Positions 13,737 through 25,261 of a DNA stretch of 64,000 nt are shown in pieces. Source of the DNA: Phoronis australis. Lineage: Eukaryota > Animalia > Phoronida. The DNA lies in assembly GCA_002633005.1 (NCBI GenBank), contig NMRA01000664.1:73636-137635 (forward strand). The letters are read 5' to 3'. Each line of letters begins with the position of its first letter. Within the stretch, counting starts at the first letter, position 1. Position numbers and translations under genes: made by a program. The notes beneath the pieces were generated by a model. The model ran no database searches. It was not told where the DNA came from and saw only the letters and a program-made list of their open reading frames with translations.

Positions 13737-14503
13737 CCCTAAATAATGTTGAACTGTCCAAAACTGTTTTATATGGATTTTTTCTGTACCAAAAATCTTT
13801 CCAAACCTCAATAGAAACATGTTTAGGCCAAATCTCTATAGAAATCGTTGCTCAATTGCAAAAAAGATGGATATGGAGGAAAATATTTAGATAAATTATA
13901 GCTGCATGTATATGTACTAGGTAAAACTTGGAACATTGAGCTACTTCACAAAAGCTCCCTCAAGAACCGTGAAAACAATCACGTCGTGCATTCTCAGTGA
14001 ACACAGAACGCTCAACAATACCTCAAAGGAATACCCACAAAAAGTTCAATTAAACCGGCCTCTTATTACATTGCAGACGACAAAAGCGTCTGAAAGCCGG
14101 AATTGAAACAATACTACATCAGTCGCTAAGATGATAAAAACTAAAAGTTGCTTGTCTTCTTGGCCACCAATTAAACGTCGGAGTGTGGTTGTAATACAAC
14201 TGTACATGTTGCCGCGGTTTTCTTGGTGAATTTCGAACGCTTCGTTATTTAATTTTCTACGCTTTACGTTCTTCTATGTTAGTAGATGTATCGGATAAAA
14301 ACAACATTCCTGGCAATGTACGTTGAATGTTGCGGTTCATCTCAGGATGACGGGCTGGACGTTACACATGTTCTGACTAAGAGAACTCGGTGAACAAGTG
14401 TTAACAACACAAAGTCACCATACCCATCCTTTCTACCCATTGTGTCTATCACATATCTCACTAGCGTTTCATTAATCTCTACTAAATCGTGACAAAAAAG
14501 TTG

Positions 14504-14740
14504 TGCGCTCAAATATTGGCTTTCAGGTGGTCTTTAACATCGGTCAAAACGTTTAAATTTTGAAATTCAAGAGAAGTGGACATTGTCCAACACTAACCTT
14601 GATGTTTGGCAATAACAAGTCCTTACACTCTCTGAGACAAGCTATTGGCAAATTGTGTAGTTATCTCCCTTCACAATTAAAATACTGACAAATAGTCCGC
14701 TCTGGTGAATTTCATATGGATGGCTGTTGGCAGTTATGCA
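14504..14740 (+). repeat. Dispersed repeat, diverged copy of 23127-23362 (probable DNA-transposon fragment)
   Basis: Both loci share tgcgctcaaatattggctt ... ggcaaattgtgtagttatctccc ... ggctg(t/c)tggca. Confidence 0.7.
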
Positions 14741-15185
14741 TGCCACAGACTCCTGACAATGTTGCACGTGCAGAGGCATTAATCCACTTCGAGGGATATG
14801 TGGACGATACGAAAACATCCGAAGTGTTTCGGACACAGGTGTCTAATTCCAATACACTTCGAGTAATTTTGTTGCCTCAAATTCACCCTCAAAGCATTCT
14901 CAGCACTTACTTTCGTTGCCTCGTATTTACTTGATGTGGTAATGAACGTACGTTTGCAACCCAGTCAAACGATAAGTCTTATGGATTCCAAACTGGAAAA
15001 TGATTGAGCGTCGTATTACTGAAGTTCGCATATGCGCAGTTAACGTACACTGCCAAGGGAAGCTGTTACCAAAAGTAGGCATCTGGTCATGATAATTTGC
15101 ATAATGTTCAGGATTGTGTATTCATACAATGTGTGTTTTCTAGTGCAGCAACTACGTGTACTAGGATAAGACATACTTATTTCAG

Positions 15186-15452
15186 CTCAATGTAAAAATA
15201 TCCTTAGACCTGAGCAAGAATGTGAAAGACGTGTGCAACAGGGACATTGCTCTGACATCATGCATGCACACTGGATGGTGAGGAACTGTTTGAAAAGCTG
15301 CCAACAGGCTCTAAAGGACAGTTGCGCGGAGGGTGGCTGTGTTGACATGAGTTCGCGGTGTCAATCATGGGCGAAACTCGGCGAGTGTTATATGAATCCG
15401 AGATATATGATGCAATCATGCAAAATGGCATGCTCATGGAATATATGTCCAA
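15186..15452 (+). CDS. Multi-ShK-domain protein, exon C (2 ShK domains)
   Basis: ttcag| ... |gtaagt, 267 nt, phase 1-1. CKNILRPEQECERRVQQGHCSDIMHAHWMVRNCLKSCQQALKDSC and CVDMSSRCQSWAKLGECYMNPRYMMQSCKMACSWNIC. Confidence 0.92.
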
Positions 15453-15981
15453 GTAAGTAATGCGCCCAACAATTTCACTTAGACGTATTCTATAAAAAAG
15501 GTGTCAGGCATAGTACCTTGAGTAGTGCACTAGAGAACTGTACTTGGAACGGAAAACAGCTTATGCCGCGTGTCTCATGTGAAGCGGATTTTCCCCGGAA
15601 ATCTGTTTTCCGCTGTAGTGTTGTCAAGGAATGGCAAACAGTTGGACATTTTAAAAACCGTCAGTTGTTTCTAAATACATTAAATTTCAGATTTAGGGTC
15701 TGGTACACAGGGAGAGTTTGGAGAGGCGGTGCGTATGCACTGTTCGATAAATTAGGAGGTAATCTGTGACAAAAAAGATGATAACGTTTTAGTCCATTTT
15801 ACTAACGAAAATCGGATGTGTTACATTAACGTATGGCTTGTGCTCCCCGGTAGTGTTCCCGGAGAAATCCTGATAATGGGGGTCACCACCATCACAGTAG
15901 TGTGATCATGAAATTGAGAAACTGGGAAAACCGGCTTTGCCGAATTAACTTGTTTGATAACATTGCGTTCTCGAATTTTAG

Positions 15982-16125
15982 AATGGGAGAAGGAAAACCA
16001 TTGTTATAACAAGCTAAGTGACGAGAAATGCTGGACATATGTCTCGTTATGTGGAGTTGGCATCAGTACGTATACGACTCGGAACTGTTACAGATTATGT
16101 AGCGGATGTGGCGACAACATCGCAG
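15982..16125 (+). CDS. Multi-ShK-domain protein, exon D (1 ShK domain)
   Basis: tttag| ... |gtaaag, 144 nt, phase 1-1. CYNKLSDEKCWTYVSLCGVGISTYTTRNCYRLCSGC. Confidence 0.88.
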
Positions 16126-16251
16126 GTAAAGGGTACCAAGTGCATTGACGTATGAACATTGTGTCTGATTGGCATGCATTAGATTTTTGATTTTGAGCAC
16201 ATTTCTTTTGAGATACTTTTAATGTATCCTACAGCTATCACATTTTAATGC

Positions 16252-16365
16252 GTCTGTATACCAGCCCACATTGAAAACAATTACTGTAGGACTTAGATCA
16301 CCGAAGTTAACTAAGTTGGTCCCACTATAGAACTGTGAGAATGGAATGCCAATTTGATCACTTGC
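16252..16365 (+). pseudogene. Degenerate 5S rRNA-derived sequence (5S pseudogene or SINE3 head)
   Basis: ccacattgaaaaca and gatcaccgaagttaa occur in the order and approximate spacing of invertebrate 5S rRNA (CCACGTTGAAAACA...GATCACCGAAGTTAAG), followed by a decayed tagaact...gaatgg segment. Confidence 0.55.
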
Positions 16366-16749
16366 AGCTAAGGTGGTGCGGGAGTTGTGTGCACCCGTTT
16401 GTTCGGGTGCTGTACTTTTGTTGTGAAATACAGAACTGGTGGCGGTTTTTTGGGGTAAGTATTGGTCAATTTAACCAACAAAGACTGCAATACAGAAATT
16501 TAAACACTATCGAACAGCATAAAAACTAACTATTATGCAAAAAAAAACATTCCACTTTGCCTGGAATCTCTCAGTAGCCAGTTGATAATGATAAATAATT
16601 TCTCCAGGCTGTGGTTTTCACGAACTTTCTGTGAAAATTTGGACTTAGCTTTTTACAATGTTTGCCTATCTAACTGAACTTTCGATAAGCAAAGATTCCA
16701 ATTGACGATTACCAATCTACAGTGGATCTTAAATAAGGCAAGAAAACAT

Positions 16750-18250
16750 ATTTAATGCAGAGTTACATCGCACTGATTGATCATTCGTGTTTTAAACAAC
16801 TCCAAACATCCTGAGCAACTGAACATTCCGAATACAAAGGTACATTTAGAATTGGTTATTCGTGTTGCTCATTTCAAGACGATTAACGTACTCCTATTTT
16901 CTGTACGCAATAATTTGAGCCAATAAGTCTACGGTTGATGCAGAATTGAACCCATGTGAGTCTGACGTCGGAAGTCCAATTTTAAATTCAATAATTATTT
17001 TTCCAGAACTGAGAATCACCGACGAAGTTAATTTCTCCCTTCCACTTCAGCTCGGAGACGGGTTTGACCAACAATTTGGAAGTTAATAATTGACAGATAT
17101 TCCCGTTAGTTTATTTTCAGAGGAGATTCGAATATTTTCAGAAAAAATGGAGTGACTATATCACTCTTGTCTCTCTGATGATTTCAAGAACGAATTATTA
17201 AACTTCAAATTCCATGGAAATGGGTAATTTAAGGTTAAAATTGAAAACATATACAAAGGTATGATATTCACAATTGTAAACTATAATATGATCAATTGAA
17301 ATATATGTTTTGTATACTTTTGAAAGCATAAATGTCTACACAAAGAATAGGGTTATACCACAAAGGTTGTTACAAAACACCATCTACGTCACACAAATTC
17401 ATAAATTCGGATAATATATAAAAATATCCCTGCAAAAATATTCTGACTAGGGTTAGCACTTTGAAGGAAAAATGCCAATTAAAAACAAATATTTTTGCGT
17501 TGCGAATAGATTCACACAAAATAATTAGTCACGTTGAAGCGTGCCATTATATTTTTTCAAGAATCTACGAATCCAAGTCACTTTAATTAGTAGGTTTAAC
17601 AAATGATGCAATATGGACCACATGCCGGCTTCCTTCATGAGATTTCTGCACCATGGTCTGTATAGAGACACTATCAATAGAGATTCTCTGTTAATGTTTC
17701 AATGCATCTGAAAGAGGAAGTGTGTAAAAGAGGTGAATCAGTTTTGGCAATTAAAAGAGTTGAAAAACGCTATCTTACCAGACCTGAATCAAATCATTTT
17801 CAGCAATTTTAATACCATTTCTAGCCCCGTTACATTTTTGCGTGGTAGTTTAAATGAATCGTGTCCTGTAATTTGACAACACAAAAGGTAACTCCAAGGG
17901 ATGTGGAGTGGAATCACAACAAACTTTATCACGACAACATATCTTGGAACCAATTTATACACAAACAGTTTCGTCAATATTGGATGTCAAACCAGAACCC
18001 TTAACAAACTGATCGAGAAGGTCGAGTTGTGATATTCACGAATCATTAAGTAAGAAGGCCTTGTCGTCTGCATATCGCATCAATTTGTACTCCAATGAGA
18101 CTATTTTTATGAATTTAACATCGTCGCATTTCGTCAGCGTGGATGCCGTAATTTCATAATACAACAAAAGGTGACGGGGGTCCATCTCCTCGTCTACAAA
18201 CTCGGCAAATGTTAAAATAGATATTATAGGTGGCGTTACTTCATGCTCGT
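16750..18250 (-). mobile_element. Degenerate Tx1/L1-like LINE ORF2 fragment (RT domain to C-terminus)
   Basis: Minus-strand remnants in the expected order: CRRGDGPPSPF (cf. GCRQGDPLSP), KLMRYADD (~18065-18090), IGSK, QPLWYNP, VRLTWVQFCINRRLIGSN. Many stops. Confidence 0.75.
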
Positions 18251-18278
18251 ACTGTAAATCAGATTAAAATTATATCTG

Positions 18279-18675
18279 GGCCCGGTCTCCAATCTTTTTA
18301 CTCGAAATGGAACACGAAATTAGGTTTGGCATTTTCTACTCTACCTTTGGACGAACTCAAGATAAGTGTCTATTATTCTATGCTCGAGTACACAGATACG
18401 TAGAATACTTATTGCCCTTAGTTCACAGTTTGTAAACCCAATATTAAAGTAATAAGTTCGAGTTTTAACTCGAAATTTCGAGTTTTTACTCGAGTTTGTA
18501 GCACGAATATAAGGGTCTTCAAGGGCAAACTTGAACTAGGAACTCTTATGCAAAAACAATAATGTATTCGAGCACAGTCTGATAACCAATTATCTTAAGT
18601 TCGCACAAAAGGAGCAGAGAAATTGCCAAAAATAGTTTTGAGTTCGTTTCGAGTACAAATATTAGAGACCGGGCC
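18279..18675. mobile_element. Palindromic MITE, Harbinger-like (3-bp CTG target duplication)
   Basis: ctg|GGCCCGGTCTC ... GAGACCGGGCC|ctg. Arms stay imperfectly complementary over much of the length. Confidence 0.8.
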
Positions 18676-20296
18676 CTGGACACATGCGTTAACACTGCAA
18701 ACGTGAATCATTGTACAAACAACTCAAAGCAGTGATAATATAGTTACTCACATGTACATCGACATGAAACTTGACAAATAAATACACGGGCACTTTTTCT
18801 TAGTTACTTAAATTCGTACATCTATGTTCGTAAATCTTTTCAAACTACAACGCCAAAATTTCCGTAAAATACTGCCACACGATTTTAACACCCAAAAATG
18901 CCGCGTTAAACTTTCGTGAAAATGCTTTAAGTAGGCTGCTGATGGTGGTCTAAGCCCAGATCTGAAAAGATGTTAGAGGTACTACGATTTTCAGCATTCA
19001 GCCCTGGGCATGGATCGATGCGTCTAAAAGGAAAAACATGCATTTGTAATTGTCGCATTCGTTGTCTACATGTAATTCTCTTCATTAATCGCTGGTCGTC
19101 CTAAAGCGTCTCTCGACAAAATAACATGAAACAATGAAATTAAGCTTCCATCGCTGGCCACAATCGATCAGTACTCCGTAAATTGAAAACCGGGAATTCA
19201 TAGTGCAAACCCTCGGTATCACAGTGGCTACCTTAAAATTTCAGAGTCGAGAGCTTCAACACAAGAATGCATGAGCACCCGATGGAGAGGATATTTAATG
19301 TATTTTATTCCTTACTTTCTGTGTTGAAACGGTTCCTAATTCAAGATGATTTGAGGACTTCGAAAGTTGTGACGTTTTGTTGCTCATGTGCACACCCAGC
19401 CTAAAATATAGGGGGCCTCGATGTTTTCGATATGCGGAAATTTTACTGTAAGAAATCAACGAGGACTAAAAAAAAACGGGGCCACAAGGTTCAGGCCCAC
19501 GAATTGTGGACTTTTGTACCGTTTACTCGAAATTCTGTCTCAGTTAGTCGGACCTTTTTGCCGAATTCGCTAAATTGGTTTGCTCATTCGAGCCCCCCCG
19601 AGANCCCCCCCCCCCGGGTGCGCCCATGTTGTTGCTTAAGAGGAGGTTTTCCTACAAAAAGAAAGCTGGGACCAATTATATAACGGAATGTGGTCCAGCT
19701 CATCAGTTCACTAACTAAACGTAACCCGGGTTTATATTCGCTTTTGTTGAGCTATGCGTGTTAAAAATCCTACCCTTCTACTCCACAGGCGAATTGATTA
19801 CAAAATGCAAAAAGGTGCCATTTCTAGTTCCTGCAAAGCAAGGTCAAGGCACCGAGTCTGATCTGTGTAATTGAAAAATGCATGAAATTATCAATTTGTC
19901 GTCCAAATGCGCAATTTTTGACTCTTGGATTTAAATTACAAATCTCAAGATTTTGAGTAAAAACTCTAAATTGTTTAGAGTTTAGTTCGTACTCAAACTA
20001 AAACATATAACACTGCGTTCATATCTTGCTAACGTCGATTAGAAAGTCATTCTGTCCACCATAGTACACTGGACCATATGTTATCTGGAGATCAATCAAA
20101 AGTTGAATGGTATTGTCAAACAACTTTCAGAGTTTGGTTTCCAGTACAAAAATTAATCTCCGAGTCCGAATCTCACGTCCAAAATTTATATTTAGTAACA
20201 CCGATTCTCATTTTATAAGTGTAATAAACGCAGACGTAAACATGAAGTTTATGGATTTCACGTTTTAAATCACGAAACAATGATTGACCCATTACC

Positions 20297-21178
20297 GGAT
20301 TGTTCTAAAATTCCGTCGATCCCCTGGATTCGTTGACTCCCACAACCCCCGATTCCCTTGACCCCCACGACACCCTCAACCCACGACAACCTCGCTCCAC
20401 GACTCTCTCGACCCAGCGTACATGTATGCGAGGTCAACTAGATCTGACAATAGAATATGCGCTGACTTGCAGGACCATCGATTTGGGTCGTGAGCTCGGT
20501 TGGATTTTCTCTGTTTCAAGTTTTTTTTCCAAATTAAGAGAGTCGATTCGGCAAGTTTGGAAGCCGAAGACAAAGAAAAAACGCGACCAAATCAAATCGA
20601 CGACCTGCCAACCGGCCTAGTGTTATCGTCCCGTCTGGTCTTCAGTCAGAATGGCAGATTCAACAATTTTGTGAGAGTAGGAGGAACCGGTGAATATGTA
20701 ATTTTTTTAATACAGCTAACCATTAACTAAAAAGTATCGCAATGTTATGATGAGTAGACTGTAAACGAGTATACAGCCGTAAGCAAGTAATAAAAATGTG
20801 ATTAATTTAAATTCACGTTGAAGTACTACGTAGATCCTTCAATCTAGTGGAACGGGGCCGTTGGTAACCGCTCGTGTAACAATTTCCTTGAGAACGATAG
20901 CCCGCTCACAATTTCGCTATTTCAGATCATGTTCTCAGGCCACATTCTGTTTTACCCAGACTTGAGCCAAAGCAGACTCACGTTCAGGCATGTCTTATGG
21001 GGAAAGTCATTCAGCTATGTAATATGATAATGAACTGTGTAAAAGCGAAGAGACATCAATTGCCACTGGTCGTGGATTGAGGGGGTAGTGGGTGGTGAGT
21101 CTTGGGGGTTGCAGGTCAACGGAGGTCGTGAAACGAGGGGATCGTGGAGTGTACGGGACGAGGGGTTTTAGAAGAACC
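20297..21178. mobile_element. MULE-like MITE with imperfect 9-bp target duplication
   Basis: TIRs GGATTGTTCTAAAA / TTTTAGAAGAACC with C-rich and G-rich subterminal arms. Flanks cccattacc and cccttaacc. Confidence 0.6.
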
Positions 21179-21986
21179 CCCTTAACCAGCTTTACCGCTA
21201 CTTACCCTGTGTGCTAAGCTTAAGTTGGTCACCACCACAGATGTACAAAGGTCTGTTAAGAAAGTCATTCAATTTAATGACACATCATTGTTCAATTGGA
21301 AAATTTATTGGAACGTTTTGATTACTCATAAAAGTGGAAGCTGTTCAGAGAAGAGATTAACTATATGTATATATTCAACATAACCTCAATATAAATAACT
21401 TTTAAAGTGTTAAAGTGGAAACCTTTTGTTTTTTAAGTGTTGGTTCATGGATACATGATAACAGGCAAGTAAAATTTCGCAATATGAAATTTCTCTAAGT
21501 AATAAATGCGACTTAGTTTCGACAATGGATGTTTATTTTTGTTGTATCACAAAGGATATTTGCACAGTGTCAGTGTGCCTGCAGCTGAAGTGGTTACTCT
21601 CTAAATATCCATGTCACAGATTAATATAAATTAGCACTGGTCATAGTCGGGAACACTTTGTTAGTAAAAAGCCACAAAAATATCAAGACATGATGTATTT
21701 TCATCATGCTTGAGGACGTCAATATTGTGCGTTGAGCGCGTGAGCCACGTTTCATCGTATGCGTAAAAAGTGGAGCGCAAACGTCCGGGAACCTGTCCAA
21801 AACAACCCTGAGGTCAAAGTAAACTCGGCTACACCACTGGAAGAGGTTACTGGTTTGGTTAGTGAAATCGCCTACAACAGAATTAGGGAAGTTAATATAC
21901 TCGTAAATATCATGTTGTTTCCTCAGAATGGACGGTAAGACCCGAAAATTCTATGTTCACTTTTTTGTTTCCTTTCTCGGAGCCAG

Positions 21987-22112
21987 GAGGTGAATGTGTC
22001 AATCAAGTATCAGATGACAAATGCTGGTCTGGTAAAGTGTTGGGGCATTGCGCTTATATCATCGGTCTCTGCCATCGGTCCTGTAGCGGTTGCGGCGGTG
22101 ATGCAGATAAAG
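21987..22112 (+). CDS. Multi-ShK-domain protein, exon E (1 ShK domain)
   Basis: CVNQVSDDKCWSGKVLGHCAYIIGLCHRSCSGC, donor |gtaaca. In-phase acceptor ccag| at 21986 gives 126 nt, phase 1-1. Exact acceptor uncertain. Confidence 0.8.
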
Positions 22113-23864
22113 GTAACATCATGTTGCTCCAGTCATTTAGGCTTACTATTTTATGCTTGTTAGCGACGATGATGAAGTATGCAATGCTGTTTTTCAAGAA
22201 GATGAAAATGGAGATGCTGTTAATGGTGCTGAGATTGTTGGAGATGATGGTAGTGTTTGGCGACTGACTCAACGCCAGAAATTTGTAACATTCTTGATCC
22301 GCTAGGTGACGCTTAGCGCTATGTCCCTAACCAATCATAACAAAGCATAGTAAGGTTAAAGGTCAGGAAGCTTGGGCACTAGTCACCGTGAGCCCGATTG
22401 AAGTCAGTATGCAATACTTCTCAAGTTTACAATAACACTACAGTGTTTGGGATTTCTGGAATTTCACAGTCTACAGTATGACAGTGCTAGCTGGGTCATT
22501 GGGGTCACAGCTCTCTGTTAACTTGTAGGCCTACATGTACACATAACCATAACATAAGTCAGTGAGTTGAACGCCATCCAGCCGCTTGTGCTTGCATTAA
22601 GCGGGCTGCCAAAGTGCTTTTTTATTAATCTTCAAATGTTTGCCAATACACATTTGTGTCCGGAATCAACTCCAATGTAACAGTATTGAATTAAGACGAA
22701 GGACAACGTTCTGTTGACCACAAAAACGAAACAACATTTTGAAGATAACTAGGATCAACTACTCACGGGCGAAAAAACCTGCATAAAACTGTATAAAATC
22801 CGACTTTTTTCCAACTTCGAAAGTATTTCTAAACTCATACCGGATGAGAAAATGAACATAACAGTTTCTTACCGATTTTGAGCTATAATCTCTCATCTAT
22901 ACAGAGTGCAAATTCCATTGCAAGACAGCCAGGCGATCGGCAACATTTCATCTCACAGAACTATACGTGGATCCATTTTCTGAACACAAGGGACGTGGAA
23001 AATTTTTCGAAACACAGCATGAAATTTGGATCAGCAACCTCTGATTACTCCTGGTAATCACCTAGGCTATCGACAAATTCGATGGCAAACTGAATTCAGC
23101 CACAAACTTGACTTCAAAATGAGCTATGCGCTCAAATATTGGCTTCTGGACGATCGTTAACAGAGGCCTGAACGGGGCAAACTTCAAACTTCAAGAGACT
23201 TGGAAAAGTTTTCACCAATGACGCTGATATTTGGCAGTAACAAGTCTTAACATAAACTCTATGCGACAGGTTAGCGGCAAATTGTGTAGTTATCTCCCCT
23301 CACTTATAAATTCCTGATTATAGCCTGCTCTTGTGTATTTCTTATGGAGGGCTGCTGGCAAGAATTAGCGCATGCGCAGTAGTGCATGTTACAAATTTCT
23401 GGCGTTGGATTGGTTCAGTCTGTACTGCTCTGTTTATGAACGCGCATGCCAGTTATATCGATGGTGGTGTCTGTGAATCTATTGCATGCAATCGTGAAGC
23501 AGATTTTTAAAGTCTAACTGGTGTCGGAAAGTTTCCTCCAGTAATTGGTCGCGGGTATCAATTTGCAATAGGCTGGCCAGCAAAGTAGAAGCGATTTGGA
23601 AATAATATCAGCTTTACTTATGAGTGCCCTGGCGCAGGTTTTAAGGATATACTAATCATTTCCAATACTAACGGGGAAGCAGTTTGAGACATGAGAGGCA
23701 ATGACGGAATAACCTGGTTGATTCGGTAAATACTGTATATATATGTGTGTGTGTGTAACCGGTATTTGCAGCTACACAGGTGAACACAACCAGTCCAGTC
23801 GTCTAAAAATTGAGTATGTCCACGGCTTCCCTGCTTCATGCCATCAGTGATATTTCTGCTTTAG

Positions 23865-24021
23865 GTAAAGATTGTCTAGACAACTCTGTTGTATGCAAAG
23901 CAAAGAAGTTGACTGGACTGTGCGATTATGAACCAGAGCGGATGGTAAAGTACTGCAAGAAAACGTGCGGATTTTGCGACCAAAGCAATTTTGAAGAGGC
24001 CGTGAAAATTTCGAAGACACG
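23865..24021 (+). CDS. Multi-ShK-domain protein, exon F (1 ShK domain)
   Basis: tttag| ... |gtgcgt, phase 1-2. CLDNSVVCKAKKLTGLCDYEPERMVKYCKKTCGFC. Confidence 0.9.
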
Positions 24022-24826
24022 GTGCGTTTGCCTTGGTAATTTTGAAAATTATTCGTCATTAATATTTAACAATGATGATCTAATGTCTCGATTTGGGGAC
24101 AGCTATTCTGATCAACCTAGGCTAGACAGATGATTTAACAAGTATCCAAAAATTTCCAGTGGATTCCTAACTAACATGTGGCCGAGATTTCTATTTCCCA
24201 CATAATATTGTTTTTGTGATAAAAAAACAAAGCAATGGACCTTGCTTGGAATAATACAGCACCGCATTCATTCTCTGTTATTTACCCAAAATGCAACAAA
24301 TGCTGTGACTGATCTCAATGGGGGAATCAAGAATTGGTCGGACTTCAAACACAAATCAAGCTCATGAATTATCCCGGACTGAACCAAAGTCGAAGCAAAT
24401 TGGGCATGCTCAAAAGAAGACATATACAACGCCATGCTCGAAAGTCTAGCAGGAACAATTGCCCCCATACATGTACATGTATCGGTTAGCTAGTTGTGTA
24501 CAACGTAAACCAAAAATAGTCAGAATGAAAACCCCTTTCCCCGGTCTCAGATCAGTCGCGTGCGAGATTTCTGGAGTCGACCGAAAGTTGGAGGCATCCC
24601 GAACAAACGGCAAATCGTATTTGACTTCTACCTCGTAATGTCATATTGAAGTACCTATGTATACAAATTGATTACTGGAATGCAATAGTCACATGCAAAT
24701 TTCTAACGAAACATCTGAGTGCATATGCAATGTTAAAAACACTTTGGTCAACCCAGTTTGACTACTCTGTGGTTTTGTTTTATTTTACTTACTCAAGCAT
24801 GAAACATTCAAACGTTTGTGATTTAG

Positions 24827-24960
24827 CTTGTGCAAAGACGACCTAGAGTCTGAATTGACCAACCTGGAGAGATGTAAAGATTTTTACAAAGACGGTCAGT
24901 GTGCTCGAAACAAGTGGGTGCGTGATCATTGTAAAAGAACTTGTGGAAGATGCGTGGAAT
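24827..24960 (+). CDS. Multi-ShK-domain protein, exon G (1 ShK domain)
   Basis: tttag| ... |gtaagt, phase 2-1, compatible with exon F. CKDDLESELTNLERCKDFYKDGQCARNKWVRDHCKRTCGRC. Missed by the ORF track. Confidence 0.88.
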
Positions 24961-25223
24961 GTAAGTGAATGGAGGAACCAACACAATATCAACTGTTTTG
25001 TGCAGCACAGCCAGTTGATTTAGACGTGAATACATGATACTGATAACAGCAAATCATCGTTATATTCCGCCTGTTAAAGTTCAATTGTGATTAGATCAAA
25101 AATAATGTTTTTATATTTTGTTTAAGAGCTAAAAAACACTTTATTGACTGCAATACCTCGGGTGTCATCATGCAGGGTAGTTCAAAAGCTCCCTTATATA
25201 AATAACTAATTTTTGATTTACAG

Positions 25224-25261
25224 CATTTTCCCAGGTTTTAGGTGCTGACGTGTTTAGATAA
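25224..25261 (+). CDS. Multi-ShK-domain protein, candidate terminal exon
   Basis: gatttacag| in phase 1 gives SFSQVLGADVFR*. Supported only by acceptor quality and phase. Confidence 0.45.

Noticed and set aside
13162-13820. Repetitive ORFs of 90-199 aa
   Set aside because: Artefacts of the 33-bp minisatellite.
14255-14356. Minus-strand EMNRNIQRTLPGMLF, reminiscent of the SYCP3/SYCP2 C-terminal end
   Set aside because: Weak acceptor, an in-frame stop just upstream and no linking exons found. Likely chance.
22160-22260. Hydrophobic/Met-rich extension of ORF 21953-22267
   Set aside because: Lies past the donor at 22113 and is a decayed (GAT)n-like intronic tract.
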